Source: a virus
IMG/VR virus record: IMGVR_UViG_3300042259_000159
Length of the DNA: 64,000 nucleotides
Direction: 5' to 3' (one strand)
How positions within the stretch are numbered: the first letter of the stretch is position 1; the number at the start of each line of letters is the position of its first letter. Shown piece by piece: positions 46,942-56,946 of the stretch. The notes under the pieces are model-generated. The model did no database searches. It saw only the letters and a list, made by a program, of their open reading frames with translations, and was not told where the DNA came from. A program made the position numbers and the translations under genes.

Positions 46942-48228
46942 ATGGGGAATATAAATAGGGTACTAAGCTATTTTGAAAACAAACCTCAGCTTATTGAGCC
47001 TAAAACAGCGAGTACCATTCTTGAATTTCTTGAACTAAGAAACAGTAAAGGTTTTGAGGCAGGTAAAAACAAGCCTGAAGCCTTCACCAAGAAGCACTTC
47101 GATTACAAAAAGAATGTCGAGGGTAAGAGGGTATCCAAGAAAACAGCAATAATGAATATTGAGGGACCTCTTACATATAAAAAGACAGGGTGGGAGGCCC
47201 TTTGTGGAGGATGCTCTTATCAGGCAATCCATGAAGGTGTTGCACAGGCCATTGAGGACGGCATTGAACACATTGTTATGAATGTTGATAGTGGTGGGGG
47301 GGAGGCCTACGGTGTTTTTGAAACAGCCGAAGAAATAAGGAAAATGTGTGATGATGGAGGTGTTAAGCTAACAGCCTACGTTGACGGCTTGTCTGCATCT
47401 GCCGCATATGCACTTTCCTGTGTTTGTGATGAGGTTGTTGCAAACAATTATGCTGAAGTGGGTTCTATCGGTGTTGTAACTCGGCTTGTGAATAGTACAG
47501 AAGCACAAGAAAAGGCGGGGTATAAAACAACATATATCTATGCAGGCGGAAACAAAATTCCCTATGACACAGACGGAGGTTTTAGGGATGAGTTTTTGAA
47601 AGATATACAGGCAAAAGTGGACAATCTTTACGATGCCTTTGTTTCCCATGTAGCTGAAGCAAGAGGTATGGATGAAGAAAGTGTGAGAAACACAGATGCT
47701 AAAGTTTTTACAGCAGTAGAAGCAAAAGAGAAGGGGTTGGTGGATAAGATTATGTCTAAGGATGAATTTTTGAATTACATAATGGAGGAAGACGGAATGA
47801 GTGCAAAAAAGCAAGGGGAAACCCCTGTGGCTGAAGCAGAAGAGCAGAAGAAGGTGGAGATGGCTGATACCGGTATCGACGCAAAAGCTATCAAAGAACT
47901 TATGGCCCAGAATGAACAGCTTCGCAAGATGAATGCTGAATTTTCTGAGAAACTAAATAAGCTTGAAGAGCAGAAGAAGGCAGAATATAAGCAAATGGTG
48001 CAGGATGCTGTTAATGGTTATAGCTTCCTAACCGAAGAAAGCAAGGTAGGGCTTACATCCTTCTTGATGTCTAATAATGATGCTGTCTGTGTTATTAATG
48101 CCCTTAATGAGGCGAGCAATGCGCTGGCTGCTGCCGTAGAGGAAGAAAAAGGTCACGGTGCCGAATCTAGCACCACAGGCCCAGAAGATGCCATGACCGC
48201 TGCCCTTAAAAACGTACTGAAGAAGTAA
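46942..48228 (+). CDS. prohead protease (ClpP/S49-like) with C-terminal scaffold-like coiled-coil domain
   Basis: Ser-protease-like GGGEAYG...GLSASAAYAL region, charged helical C-terminus; position between portal and capsid. Confidence 0.6.
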   Translation: MGNINRVLSYFENKPQLIEPKTASTILEFLELRNSKGFEAGKNKPEAFTKKHFDYKKNVEGKRVSKKTAIMNIEGPLTYKKTGWEALCGGCSYQAIHEGVAQAIEDGIEHIVMNVDSGGGEAYGVFETAEEIRKMCDDGGVKLTAYVDGLSASAAYALSCVCDEVVANNYAEVGSIGVVTRLVNSTEAQEKAGYKTTYIYAGGNKIPYDTDGGFRDEFLKDIQAKVDNLYDAFVSHVAEARGMDEESVRNTDAKVFTAVEAKEKGLVDKIMSKDEFLNYIMEEDGMSAKKQGETPVAEAEEQKKVEMADTGIDAKAIKELMAQNEQLRKMNAEFSEKLNKLEEQKKAEYKQMVQDAVNGYSFLTEESKVGLTSFLMSNNDAVCVINALNEASNALAAAVEEEKGHGAESSTTGPEDAMTAALKNVLKK

Positions 48229-48238
48229 GGAGATATAA

Positions 48239-48598
48239 ATGACTAAAGTTGCAACAACAAATGCTTTTGTTACCGATGTTGTAAAGAAAGAACTTTGGAT
48301 GGAAGAAAAGTGGTGCCGTGAGGCAGGTACTGTTACGGTTGTTGATGGTATGGATGTTGGGCAGGTTCTTGAGAAATCTGGTGATACTTGGGCCGCCATT
48401 GCAGCCGACCCCATAGGGCAGGTAGGTATTCTTGTGGATGAAACTGTCGTTGAAAAAGACGCAGGAGACCACACCCTTGCCGTCCTTGTTAGTGGTCCCG
48501 CTATTGTTTTTGCCGGTGCACTAACCCTTGGAGGAACAGCCACTGAAGCTGCCGTTATTACAGCACTTGAAACCGCAGGTATCCGCGTAGATAAATAA
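48239..48598 (+). CDS. putative head decoration protein
   Basis: Small Gly/Ala/Val-rich protein directly upstream of the major capsid gene. Confidence 0.4.
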   Translation: MTKVATTNAFVTDVVKKELWMEEKWCREAGTVTVVDGMDVGQVLEKSGDTWAAIAADPIGQVGILVDETVVEKDAGDHTLAVLVSGPAIVFAGALTLGGTATEAAVITALETAGIRVDK

Positions 48599-48608
48599 GG
48601 AGATTTAG

Positions 48609-49664
48609 ATGGCCGTAAGAGATTATAACAACTACAATAGAATTATTGACCGCACCGAGATGGTGCAACTTATCCCCAATCAGGCAGGCTATATCAACGA
48701 TTCTGGCCTGTTTGAAGGCGAAGGTGTTGCTACAGAAACTGTAATTTTTGACCGTGAAGAAACCACTTTTAGTCTTCTTCCCACTGTAAACCGCAGAGGT
48801 GGTGCACCGACAAAGCGTAAAGAGGATAGAGCAGACACTTTTGCACTTGTTCTCCCCTACTTCCAGACCACAGACCTTATTACAGGCTCTGATGTTCAGG
48901 GCCGGAGAATGGTTGGAACAGATGCAGACCCTGAAACTGTTGCTAACGTTATGGCTAAGAAGATGCGTAGGATGCGTCTTGAGGCGGATCAGACGAACGA
49001 ATACATGAAGCTACAGGCACTGAAGGGTAAAACTGTTGCACCGGATGGTACTGTTATCGCTGATATGTTTACCAAGTTTAATCTTGACCCTGCTGATTAT
49101 ACTTTTAACTTTAAGCTTGATGACGCCACTACCGATGTTGATGTAAAGGTGGCCGAGTTTAAACGTGCCTTTGTTCGCAGCGCAAAAACAGGGCGTATGG
49201 GGGCAATCAATGCCTTGGTTAGCCCTGAGTTCTTTGATAAGCTTACCTCGCATGAGAAGGTACAGGAAGCGTACAAATACTATGCTGCAAATGTGAACCC
49301 GATGCGTGATGATATGCAGCGTATGACTGCATACGGCATTGTGGATGTCTTTGATTACAAGGGTGTTCGTTTTATGACCTACGACATTGACTTCCCTATG
49401 CCCGATGGCACAACTCAGGCCGCATTTGATTCTGATACAGCATTGGAGGGTGGTAGGACATTTGTTACCGGCCTTCCTGAGGTTTACCGTACCGTATGGG
49501 GTCCTGCCAATACGCTTGAAGGTGCAAACCAGATTGGACAGGAAATGTTCATGTATCAGTATACCGACCCCAAAGGAAAGTTTATTGAGCTTGAACTTGA
49601 AATGGCTCCTCTGCACTGGATGAACCATCCGCAGCTTTCTTGGAACCTTGTTTCCACTCCTTAA
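48609..49664 (+). CDS. major capsid protein (lambda gpE-like)
   Basis: 351 aa; position and size; resemblance to the phage capsid E family by recall. Confidence 0.65.
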   Translation: MAVRDYNNYNRIIDRTEMVQLIPNQAGYINDSGLFEGEGVATETVIFDREETTFSLLPTVNRRGGAPTKRKEDRADTFALVLPYFQTTDLITGSDVQGRRMVGTDADPETVANVMAKKMRRMRLEADQTNEYMKLQALKGKTVAPDGTVIADMFTKFNLDPADYTFNFKLDDATTDVDVKVAEFKRAFVRSAKTGRMGAINALVSPEFFDKLTSHEKVQEAYKYYAANVNPMRDDMQRMTAYGIVDVFDYKGVRFMTYDIDFPMPDGTTQAAFDSDTALEGGRTFVTGLPEVYRTVWGPANTLEGANQIGQEMFMYQYTDPKGKFIELELEMAPLHWMNHPQLSWNLVSTP

Positions 49665-49772
49665 AGTCTATGTATGGCTTTTAAGCGGATAATAAGAAAA
49701 AACAAAAGCCACATAAAACGCACAAGAGGGGGAGGGAGGAAGGCTCCTCCCCCTTTTTCTTTAGGGGGGAAA

Positions 49773-50126
49773 ATGCCTAAAATAGTTATGACAACATCTG
49801 TTTCCTTTATCATTCCCCTTATTATATCTTTCGCAGGTACTTATTATGCTTTAAAAGAGAATGATGCCCTTACAGAGATGCGTATTAAGAATATAGAAAC
49901 AACTATATCTGGTGTTTGTAGCGACATTAAGCACCTTAAAGAAAGCAACGAAGATATAAAGGCCAGTCATCGAGAGATAAAAAAAGATACAGAGGTTTCA
50001 AAAGACACTTTCAATCGTCTGAACATTACACTTAAGTCTTTGAGTGAGAGCCTTCAAAGCATGGCTATAAGTATGGGAAGGATGGATGAAAGGCTCAAAA
50101 CAATAGAGGAACGGAGGAGTAGGTAA
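49773..50126 (+). CDS. hypothetical membrane-anchored protein
   Basis: ATG after GGGGGGAAA; N-terminal TM segment. Confidence 0.4.
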   Translation: MPKIVMTTSVSFIIPLIISFAGTYYALKENDALTEMRIKNIETTISGVCSDIKHLKESNEDIKASHREIKKDTEVSKDTFNRLNITLKSLSESLQSMAISMGRMDERLKTIEERRSR

Positions 50127-50506
50127 TGGATTTACTTATGCAACTGAGGGTGCTGATCGGTGACATCTCAGAACCATACATTCTTGATGACGATATCTTA
50201 CAACACTACCTTGATAAAAATGGTGGGAACATCTCTCTGGCAGCTAAGGAAATCATGCCTATAATCCTTGTCAACCTCTCTACCACCTCTGTCAGGGAGA
50301 GGGAGGGGCAGGTAGAGGTCTTCGGTTCTGAGAGGGTTAAAAACTATCTTGATACACTTGAGCATCTTAATAGTACAGGAAGCAGCCTCACAAAAAGCTA
50401 CGCTCCACCTATTGTTGGCGGGGTAAGAAGGTCAGAAGTAGATAGGGTTAGAAAAGACCCTGAAAGCGTTTCTTGTGGTTTTAAAATAGGCATGTTTTCA
50501 GAATGA
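50126..50506 (+). CDS. putative head-tail connector protein
   Basis: Gene order only. Confidence 0.35.
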   Translation: MDLLMQLRVLIGDISEPYILDDDILQHYLDKNGGNISLAAKEIMPIILVNLSTTSVREREGQVEVFGSERVKNYLDTLEHLNSTGSSLTKSYAPPIVGGVRRSEVDRVRKDPESVSCGFKIGMFSE

Positions 50507-50967
50507 CAACTTTTAGTTTAAACCTTAAAGGTATACGAAAAGTAGAAATCGGCATGTTGAAAACAGAGGAAACATCCTCTGGTGCTGGTTTTTTTAAAGA
50601 CCAAGTACACCCAGAGCATGACATCCCTCTTGCAACAATAGCAGACAAAAACAATGAAGGCTTTACAACACCAGAAGGAAGAAAGGTTCCGGCAAGACCC
50701 TTCTTTGATTACGCCGTAAATACGTGTGACTCTGTTGTGGCTGATCCTTTTATAAGGGGTGCAGGAAAAATTGCCTCAGGGGATAAAAATGTTCGGGGAA
50801 ATCTTAAAAATGCCGCTGATACTATGGCTGAATGGATATCGATGTATATCAAATCTGATGAACTCTATGAGCCAAACGCACCATTTACTATAAAGAAAAA
50901 AGGGTTTGATAAACCTTTAACGGAAACTGGGTATCTTTCTGAAAATGTTGAGGGGAGGTTGTTATGA
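50503..50967 (+). CDS. putative head-tail joining/neck protein
   Basis: Gene order only. Confidence 0.35.
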   Translation: MTTFSLNLKGIRKVEIGMLKTEETSSGAGFFKDQVHPEHDIPLATIADKNNEGFTTPEGRKVPARPFFDYAVNTCDSVVADPFIRGAGKIASGDKNVRGNLKNAADTMAEWISMYIKSDELYEPNAPFTIKKKGFDKPLTETGYLSENVEGRLL

Positions 50968-51323
50968 AGTGGAGACCAAAACTTCTTCCAAGAAGGGAGT
51001 ATTCTGCAATTAGGACAAACTCTATTCTTGATGAATATAATCTTAGTACAAAAGTAGAAGAGCCGTTCTCTGTGGAAAACAGTTCTGCACCCCAACCAGT
51101 CACTGTGGATGACAATATACCCCTCCCCGAAGGGCTTGCTAATGCAGAGCTGTATAAAATATATACAACAACACCGTTAAGAGGTGTTAAGACTGGTACG
51201 ACAGAGTTAGCAGATATAGTTATCATAGATGGAGAAAAGTACACGGTTGTGAGAAGTAAAAAATGGAGTGCAGGCTTACTTGACCATTATGAAGTATATC
51301 TTGCAAAAAACCCCAACGGATAA
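50964..51323 (+). CDS. hypothetical structural protein
   Basis: Gene order. Confidence 0.35.
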   Translation: MKWRPKLLPRREYSAIRTNSILDEYNLSTKVEEPFSVENSSAPQPVTVDDNIPLPEGLANAELYKIYTTTPLRGVKTGTTELADIVIIDGEKYTVVRSKKWSAGLLDHYEVYLAKNPNG

Positions 51324-51328
51324 GCCCT

Positions 51329-51844
51329 ATGGATATTGAAAAAGATACATATAAAGTTTTACACGACTTCATAACTCAGGCCATAGGAGAAAAACCCTAT
51401 CTTATGGAGGAGGGTTTTGTGAGGCCAAATGGGGGGTATGTTGCGTGCAAGCTTATGAATGTGAACAAGCTTACAACTGGTTCGCACCGTATGCCACCAA
51501 CAGACCCTTCAGGTGTTGAGAGGTTTGCTGTAGAGATGCTTCTACGTTGGCATATCCATGCATATAGAGAAATGAGTATTGAGAAGCTAACAGCGATAGC
51601 CTACAGGCTTAATGATAGGAATGTGAGAAGTATCCTTTCAGATGGTGGCCTTGGTTACAAAGGCCATTCTCAAATAACACAAACAACAATATCTAGGGAT
51701 GGGGTAGAAAGAGAAAAGCAGGCATACTTTGTTGTAGATTTTTACTACGTCTACGAGGATACTGTATTTGTTGGCAAAGAGGTACCTTCTGTCATTGAAG
51801 AGGCAGAGGGTGTCGCCCCAGACTTAAAAAGTATAGGAGAATAA
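51329..51844 (+). CDS. hypothetical structural protein (tail completion-like)
   Basis: Gene order. Confidence 0.35.
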   Translation: MDIEKDTYKVLHDFITQAIGEKPYLMEEGFVRPNGGYVACKLMNVNKLTTGSHRMPPTDPSGVERFAVEMLLRWHIHAYREMSIEKLTAIAYRLNDRNVRSILSDGGLGYKGHSQITQTTISRDGVEREKQAYFVVDFYYVYEDTVFVGKEVPSVIEEAEGVAPDLKSIGE

Positions 51845-51845
51845 T

Positions 51846-53207
51846 ATGGAAATGGAGCGTATTGTTGATGTGCAGGTGAGTATAGCGGCACGGCCAATTA
51901 CTCAAACAGGGTTTGAAACACCCCTATTTATTGCACCTCATACGGTTTTTGATGAAAGATTTAGGATTTATACAAGTTCTCAGGCAGCAGTAGAGGACGG
52001 TTTTGATGCTGAAAGTGATGTTGTACGTGCCCTTACAGCCTTCTTCAGTGGTAACTTTGCACCTGCACAGGTTATTATAGGCACACGGCAGTTTGAAGAC
52101 TATACTATAATAATTCCGACAGGAAGTTATGATGCAACTGCAAAGTTTGCTATAAAGGTTGTTGCAAAAGATTCCTCTTCAAAGGTATCTGAATTTGTAG
52201 AATATACTCCTTCTGTTTCTGAAGACCAAGATGCAGTGGCAACAGCATTGGCTGCTGCAATTAAAGGGGATGTGGCTCTTGGCTCCCTTGTTTCAGCATC
52301 CGCTATTGGTGGTGTTATTACGGTGACAGCAAAGACAGGGGCAAGAATACTATATCTTGGCAAGAGCATTCAAGATGAGGATGCTGTGGATGTTGTTTTT
52401 GAAACAACAAACATGGAGGATATTGCCGATACATTGACCGCCATTACACAGCAAACCAATGATTACTTTTTCATAACCTCCCACAGCAGGAGCGAGGTAG
52501 ATATCTTGCAGCTTGCTGCTTATGCAGAGGCAAATAAGAAGATTTATGCTGTTGCTACCTATGATGCGGATATTCTCAATCCCGCTGTTATAGACGATAT
52601 TGCCTCGCAGTTGAAGGATTTGCAATATGAACTAACTATGCTTATTGCACAAGACGAAAATCAGGTTGGGGAATATCACGAATGTACAGCTATAGGAGAA
52701 ATGGCTGCACTACAGGCAGGAAGTTCTACCCTCCACGGCAAGACGCTGCAAGGTGTCACTGTAAGCAAATTCTCTACAACACAGGAAGAAACAATCCTAG
52801 GGAAAAATGCAAACATCTACACAATGATTGCTGGTGTTGGGTTCTTCCTTGATGGAAAGATGTCTGATGGAACATTCTTTGATATTCAGCGTGGGAGGCT
52901 GTGGCTTGAAACCAGAATGGAAGAGGATATTTTCCTGCTAATCAAGCAGAAAGCAGATCTGGGAATGAAGATACCCTACACAGACGAAGGTGTGGGCATG
53001 GTTGTTACTGTTATGGAAAGACGCCTACAGAACGCCGTAGATGTTAACTTCCTTGCAGCAACGCCAAGATTCAAGGTGAAACCGCCTCTTGTTGCTAACA
53101 TTCCTACAATTGATAAAGTAAACCGTTTCCTTCCTGATATTCCTTTCGAGGCAACACTGGCTGGAGCGATTCATAGAATAAAGATTAAAGGTATTGTAAC
53201 GGTTTAA
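51846..53207 (+). CDS. putative tail sheath protein
   Basis: 453 aa, immediately upstream of a tube-sized gene, chaperone and tape measure. Confidence 0.5.
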   Translation: MEMERIVDVQVSIAARPITQTGFETPLFIAPHTVFDERFRIYTSSQAAVEDGFDAESDVVRALTAFFSGNFAPAQVIIGTRQFEDYTIIIPTGSYDATAKFAIKVVAKDSSSKVSEFVEYTPSVSEDQDAVATALAAAIKGDVALGSLVSASAIGGVITVTAKTGARILYLGKSIQDEDAVDVVFETTNMEDIADTLTAITQQTNDYFFITSHSRSEVDILQLAAYAEANKKIYAVATYDADILNPAVIDDIASQLKDLQYELTMLIAQDENQVGEYHECTAIGEMAALQAGSSTLHGKTLQGVTVSKFSTTQEETILGKNANIYTMIAGVGFFLDGKMSDGTFFDIQRGRLWLETRMEEDIFLLIKQKADLGMKIPYTDEGVGMVVTVMERRLQNAVDVNFLAATPRFKVKPPLVANIPTIDKVNRFLPDIPFEATLAGAIHRIKIKGIVTV

Positions 53208-53218
53208 AGGAGTAATAA

Positions 53219-53692
53219 ATGGCAGAATTTTTAGGAACTTATGATCCTGAAAAAGTTCAAATCCAGTTGAACTTTGAGAATGTTACAGGGTTTGCTCAAG
53301 GTAGTATGGTAACTGTAACACGGAACGAGGACAGGACAACAGAGCATGTAGGTACGAAAGGTGAAGTTTCCAGAGCCATAAACCGGAACAACACCTATAC
53401 AATCAAATTCACCCTTCAGCAGACAAGCCGCTTTAATGCTGTGTTGAACGCACTTTCAAACGGCGATGATCTTCTGGGTGTGCCCACCATCATTCCCTTA
53501 AGGGTTTTTGATCCAAACTCCTATGAGCAGGTTTTTGCCGCAACCTGTTGGGTAAAGACCGAACCAGAGCGCGATTGGAGTAACGAAGTAGGTACACGTG
53601 AATGGACGCTTTTCGCGGTGAGTGTTGGTGTAACACCAAACGAGGTTACTTCTCTTCTTGGTGCAGCAGGAAACGCAGCAGGTATTTTATAA
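53219..53692 (+). CDS. putative tail tube protein
   Basis: 157 aa between sheath-like gene and chaperone. Confidence 0.5.
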   Translation: MAEFLGTYDPEKVQIQLNFENVTGFAQGSMVTVTRNEDRTTEHVGTKGEVSRAINRNNTYTIKFTLQQTSRFNAVLNALSNGDDLLGVPTIIPLRVFDPNSYEQVFAATCWVKTEPERDWSNEVGTREWTLFAVSVGVTPNEVTSLLGAAGNAAGIL

Positions 53693-53732
53693 ATGATGGG
53701 GGGGTAATACCCCCCCTTAATAAGGAGGATTT

Positions 53733-54161
53733 ATGTCTATAGAAAAAGAGTTTAGCATCAACGGTTTTGAGTTTAAAGCTAAGAAATGGAACCTTCCCCG
53801 TACATTGGAGTATCAAGGGCAGATTATGAAAATACTCACAGAGCCTCTGTCCACAATGGCCTCTGTAAGTAACGGAACACAGGACGATGATATTGTAGCA
53901 GGGGCTATCACTGCTGTTCTACTATCCACAATAGGCGAGATAGATTTCCCACAAATAACAAAAATACTTTTCTATAATGTTACCACAAAGAACAAAAACG
54001 GTGTAGAGGTAGAATGTACCCTTGAAAGGTTGGATGAGCTGGGTGTAGATTTTGATACAGTTATTCTTCTTTGTGCAGATATAATTTTATTCAACTTTGG
54101 AGCATTTATAAAAAACGACTTCGCGGGTCAGCTAACAAAGAGGATGATGATAGAACAATAA
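53733..54161 (+). CDS. tail assembly chaperone (G-like)
   Basis: Position upstream of tape measure; overlapping -1 frame ORF. Confidence 0.55.
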   Translation: MSIEKEFSINGFEFKAKKWNLPRTLEYQGQIMKILTEPLSTMASVSNGTQDDDIVAGAITAVLLSTIGEIDFPQITKILFYNVTTKNKNGVEVECTLERLDELGVDFDTVILLCADIILFNFGAFIKNDFAGQLTKRMMIEQ

Positions 54162-54370
54162 CCGCTGATCCGTTATTTAAGAAGTATAAGAAGACAACAA
54201 TCCTTACAGATGAGGATTTTTTCTTTCTAATGCCTATTGTTGACCCTGATTGTGGTGTATATGTAGATTGGAGTTCATTAGACTTAGAAACATTTACAAA
54301 GATAACAGAGATGAGGAACTTCATTATAGAATACCGTAACAGAGAGTCTAAACAAAATTCAAAGGGGTAA
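53733..54370 (+). CDS. tail assembly chaperone frameshift fusion product (GT-like)
   Basis: Join of frame 0 (53733-54116) and -1 frame (54116-54370). Confidence 0.5.
54110..54116 (+). promoter_or_regulatory. -1 programmed ribosomal frameshift slippery heptamer A_AAA_AAC
   Basis: Heptamer in the chaperone frame; the -1 frame continues KKRLRGSANKEDDD... to 54370. Confidence 0.55.
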
Positions 54371-56245
54371 ATGATGGCAGAACAGAAGGTTGTTGCAGAA
54401 CTAATTGCAAAACTTGAATATAGACTTGATAATAGGTCTAAAAGTAGGCTTAAGGAATTTGAGAATAACTTAATAAGGGCTACAAGAAGACAGACAGACC
54501 TTACAAGAAATATCAGGACAGAAGCATCTACTGTTAAAGAACTAAACAAGGTGAAGGATAAGGCTGCTAGAGACGAAGAAAGGCGCATTACACGCCTTGC
54601 CAGAAATCAACTCCGTTCAGGAACGGCAAGATGGAACAAGATAAAGAGGCAAGAGATCCGTGACAGGAAAATGCTGCTTCGTCTTGAAAAGCAGCAGGCT
54701 GCTGAAGAGATCAGGCAACGTAAAGAGTTTATAAGGCAGGAAAATAAAAGGCTCGGCGGTATCCCAGAGAGGGGTACTTGGGCCGCTTTTAACAGGCTAC
54801 GCGCTGCTGCTGTTGCCGCCACAGCCACCTTTGGTGCGTTTCAAATAGCAAGTTCTGTTATCCAACAAGGTCAAGCGATGAACAGGCTTCAGAGTAGTCT
54901 TATTGCTATTGAAGGAAATGCAAAGGATGCCTTCCATACATTCCAATTCTTAACAAAAGAATCTCAGCGACTTGGTCTAGATATCGAATCTATGGCTGAT
55001 AGTTTTATCAACCTAGCCGCATCCTCTAAAGGGCAGATTACAAAAGAAGAAGTAAGAGAGCTTTTTACAGGATTTTCAGAATACGGAAGAGCTTTTGGTG
55101 TAAACCAGTTTAGAATGGAAAAAGGTCTTACCGCACTAGCTCAGATGGCAGGCAAAGGCCAAGTCATGATGGAAGAACTAAAACAACAGTTTGCAGAACA
55201 GGTTCCGGGTGGTATGCAGATCTTTGTACGAGCAACCGGCAAGACTGTGGCTGAAATAATGGAGCTATCCGCAAAAGGCGAACTGCTTGCAAAAGATGTT
55301 CTTCCTAAGGTAGCTAAAACAATGGCTATAATGGCTAGAGAAGGTGGTGCACTAGAACGAAGACTAAAAGACGGTGACACAGCACTTGGGGCATTCTCAA
55401 CGCAGTGGAAGCTTATGACAAAGACAATGACAGACACAGGGATGAACGCTGCTATGGCCGCGTTATTCAACTCCCTTACAAGTCTTCTTGAGATTTTACA
55501 GCCGCTTTCATCCTTCTTTGGTGGTTTTTCTCAAGGATTCATCTTTGCAATAGTGGAGCCTTTCCATCTTCTTGCAGACGCTGTTTATAATACTTTCCTT
55601 TTTATTGACAGAGCTTTCGGAACAAACTCACGTCAAGCCGTGCAAAACTTCGGGGAAGAGGTTGGTAAGATAGCTGGTATTCTTATAGGAATGGTAACTC
55701 TTTGGAAGGGCTTTCAATTTGTAAAGAAAATACCGCGTATGGTGGCCGATATCCTGTATGTAAGAAGGATAGAGGGAGCCACAATGAGTGGTGGCGTATC
55801 TCCTATGGGTAAGTCAGGAAAAAAGGGAGGCATGGGCGGACTTGCCGGTGCTTTCTCTAAAAAAAGTGCCATGAAAGCAGGTGGAGCAGCTTTACTTGTT
55901 GGTGGTTTGGCAACGGCCTTAAGCAGTGATACTGTTTCAGACTTTGCAAAGAATGTTACAAGTCTTGCAGCAGGCGGTGCAGGCATGGCTTTGGGTATGA
56001 AGGCAGGTGCCGTTGCTGGTGCATTAACAGGCCCACTTGCACCTATTGCTATACCAGCCCTCACAGTTATAGGCGGAGCAGCAGGCGGAATGCTTGGAAA
56101 CTTCGCAGCAGACGTGGCAATAGATGGCATAACCGTTGTAGTGGATGGTGAACCACTAAATGCAAGAATAGATGGTGCTGTGGAAGCACGGATGCAAACA
56201 AGTACAAAAAGCGCACAAGCAACACTACCAAGGAGTATGCGATAA
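54371..56245 (+). CDS. tail tape measure protein
   Basis: 624 aa; coiled-coil N-terminus, Gly/Ala-rich hydrophobic C-terminus; follows the chaperone pair. Confidence 0.75.
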   Translation: MMAEQKVVAELIAKLEYRLDNRSKSRLKEFENNLIRATRRQTDLTRNIRTEASTVKELNKVKDKAARDEERRITRLARNQLRSGTARWNKIKRQEIRDRKMLLRLEKQQAAEEIRQRKEFIRQENKRLGGIPERGTWAAFNRLRAAAVAATATFGAFQIASSVIQQGQAMNRLQSSLIAIEGNAKDAFHTFQFLTKESQRLGLDIESMADSFINLAASSKGQITKEEVRELFTGFSEYGRAFGVNQFRMEKGLTALAQMAGKGQVMMEELKQQFAEQVPGGMQIFVRATGKTVAEIMELSAKGELLAKDVLPKVAKTMAIMAREGGALERRLKDGDTALGAFSTQWKLMTKTMTDTGMNAAMAALFNSLTSLLEILQPLSSFFGGFSQGFIFAIVEPFHLLADAVYNTFLFIDRAFGTNSRQAVQNFGEEVGKIAGILIGMVTLWKGFQFVKKIPRMVADILYVRRIEGATMSGGVSPMGKSGKKGGMGGLAGAFSKKSAMKAGGAALLVGGLATALSSDTVSDFAKNVTSLAAGGAGMALGMKAGAVAGALTGPLAPIAIPALTVIGGAAGGMLGNFAADVAIDGITVVVDGEPLNARIDGAVEARMQTSTKSAQATLPRSMR

Positions 56246-56941
56246 ATGGCTACAACACAACAAATGGCCCTCCTGTTTGGGGGGCCAACTTCAAGGGTTT
56301 TACAGGGAACAAGATGTGTTATTTTTGATGCAGTAACAAAAGAAGAAACTACAATATCCTCCAAAATTACAAAACACCCAATACAAACAGGAAGCCCTGC
56401 AAACGACCATGTTACTTTAGAAAATGAAAGATTCTCTTTTAAAGTTTATGTATCTAACGAACCTGTTTATGAATCAGATAGAAACCTCATCCTCTATGGG
56501 GAAGAGTATATAAGAAATATTTTTGGAAGTACAACAGCAGATAATGCTGGCTTTAGTAGTAAGTATAACACATTTCGTAGTAAATACGCATATGACCTCT
56601 TAAAAGCCCTCTGGGAAAAGAAAGAACTCATAACTATAAACATAGCACATGATACCATTGAAAACTGCGTTATAGAGAAGATAGTTTTTGTAGAATCTAC
56701 CTATAATGAACTAAGTGCAGACATCACTGTTGTGAAACTTAATTTTATAGAAGAAGAGACTCAGTATATAGTAGAAAGACTTAAACCCGATGTTCAAGAG
56801 CAAAAAAACAAGGGTAATACTACGCCAATAGATGCAAAAGAAGATACTTATCGCCTCCCGTTTGAGAGGTGGAAAGAACTTAAGAGGTCTAGCACAGACA
56901 GGATGGCAGAAGATAAAGTCCCAAGTGAATATGAGAGGTAG
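56246..56941 (+). CDS. tail/baseplate protein (Mu gpM-like position)
   Basis: Gene order. Confidence 0.35.
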   Translation: MATTQQMALLFGGPTSRVLQGTRCVIFDAVTKEETTISSKITKHPIQTGSPANDHVTLENERFSFKVYVSNEPVYESDRNLILYGEEYIRNIFGSTTADNAGFSSKYNTFRSKYAYDLLKALWEKKELITINIAHDTIENCVIEKIVFVESTYNELSADITVVKLNFIEEETQYIVERLKPDVQEQKNKGNTTPIDAKEDTYRLPFERWKELKRSSTDRMAEDKVPSEYER

Positions 56942-56946
56942 GCTGT

